32,000 bases of DNA, taken from Phycisphaera mikurensis NBRC 102666 (lineage in GTDB: Bacteria; Planctomycetota; Phycisphaerae; Phycisphaerales; Phycisphaeraceae). The stretch lies in NCBI RefSeq assembly GCF_000284115.1, contig NC_017080.1:1920001-1952000 (forward strand). Reading direction: 5' to 3'. A program made the position numbers and the translations under genes. Every line of letters starts with the position of its first letter. The first letter of the stretch is position 1. Shown in pieces: positions 31,667 to 32,000 of the stretch. The notes beneath the pieces are model-generated. The model had not been told where the DNA came from and did not search any database. It saw only the letters and a program-made list of their open reading frames with translations.

Positions 31667-32000
31667 TCAAGCCGCGGCCGATCGCCGGGTGAGCGCCTCC
31701 GGGCCGCTGCAGAGCTCTTCGAGGGTCACCGGCGGGCCGGTCAGGTTGCCCTGGACGTGGTCGAGGCCGATGCCCTGCACGCCGGCGAGCTGCTCAGGCG
31801 TCTCCACCCCGCAGGCCAGGGTCGCGAGGCCCATGGCCCGGGCGAAGCCGATGATCGCCTGCAGCACCTGGAAGCGCGCCGTGTCCCCGCCGAGGCCGCT
31901 GATGAAGAAGCGGTCGATCTTTACCGCCCGCAGCGGGAGGCCCGCCAGGAAGGCGAGGGGCGACCGCTCGCGGCCGAAGTCGTCGAGCACCACCGCCAAG
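31667..32000 (-). CDS. EAL-domain protein, C-terminal part only (N-terminus lies beyond the window end)
   Basis: VVLDDFG, AVKIDRFF, ACGVETPEQL and HVQGN align to the EAL motifs DDFGTG, KIDRSF, EGVET.EQ and QGY. The ORF is open to the window edge. Confidence 0.65.
   Translation of the reverse strand, partial: LAVVLDDFGRERSPLAFLAGLPLRAVKIDRFFISGLGGDTARFQVLQAIIGFARAMGLATLACGVETPEQLAGVQGIGLDHVQGNLTGPPVTLEELCSGPEALTRRSAAA

Noticed and set aside
1-32000. Mobile elements, prophage, defence islands, rRNA/tRNA genes
   Set aside because: I recognised no transposase, integrase, recombinase, restriction, Cas or toxin-antitoxin-like translations in any frame. I also saw no terminal inverted repeats flanking composition shifts. 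The only low-GC patches are the two short intergenic islands reported above.

Overview
The window is very GC-rich, well above 65% by eye (not computed), and densely coding. I support 24 protein-coding genes and found no rRNA, tRNA, CRISPR array, transposase or integrase. Because of the GC content, the ORF track is full of long Arg/Pro/Ala/Gly-rich shadow ORFs. I chose real genes by recognisable family motifs, high third-position GC, and 4-nt start/stop overlaps (ATGA/GTGA at 545-549, 2051-2055, 3835-3838, 20899-20902, 21909-21912, 28763-28766).

Gene content, in order:
- 1-5403: an L-fucose module. A minus-strand operon encodes an aldo/keto reductase, a Zn-dehydrogenase, a FucU mutarotase and an amidohydrolase/lactonase. 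It faces a secreted lectin-like protein and a GH29 alpha-L-fucosidase.
- 5893-18505: scattered glycan genes (leaderless formylglycine-type sulfatase, UxaE-like uronate epimerase, divergent GH35-like protein, GH78 alpha-L-rhamnosidase) mixed with housekeeping genes (CdsA-like, RDD membrane protein, AcpH, orphan GroES-like).
- 18746-23267: a tightly coupled ctaA-ctaB-ABC ATPase-pabB string.
- 23333-24289: a TPR protein with two RNA polymerase alpha-CTD-like domains.
- 24534-30820: the most unusual locus, with three co-directional genes. They encode a GAF-like/HlyD adaptor, a PqqD-like/site-2-metalloprotease/HlyD fusion, and a SecA-like ATPase that ends just after its second nucleotide-binding domain.
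- 30912-32000: an orphan FliS-like chaperone and a partial EAL-domain gene.

The first two genes of the 24534-30820 locus are separated by a striking low-GC spacer of octamer inverted repeats. The last two are coupled by a GTGA overlap. I interpret this locus as a candidate uncharacterised, Sec-independent peptide/protein processing and export module. Composition and gene content fit a Planctomycetota (Phycisphaerae-like) genome, but that is inference only.
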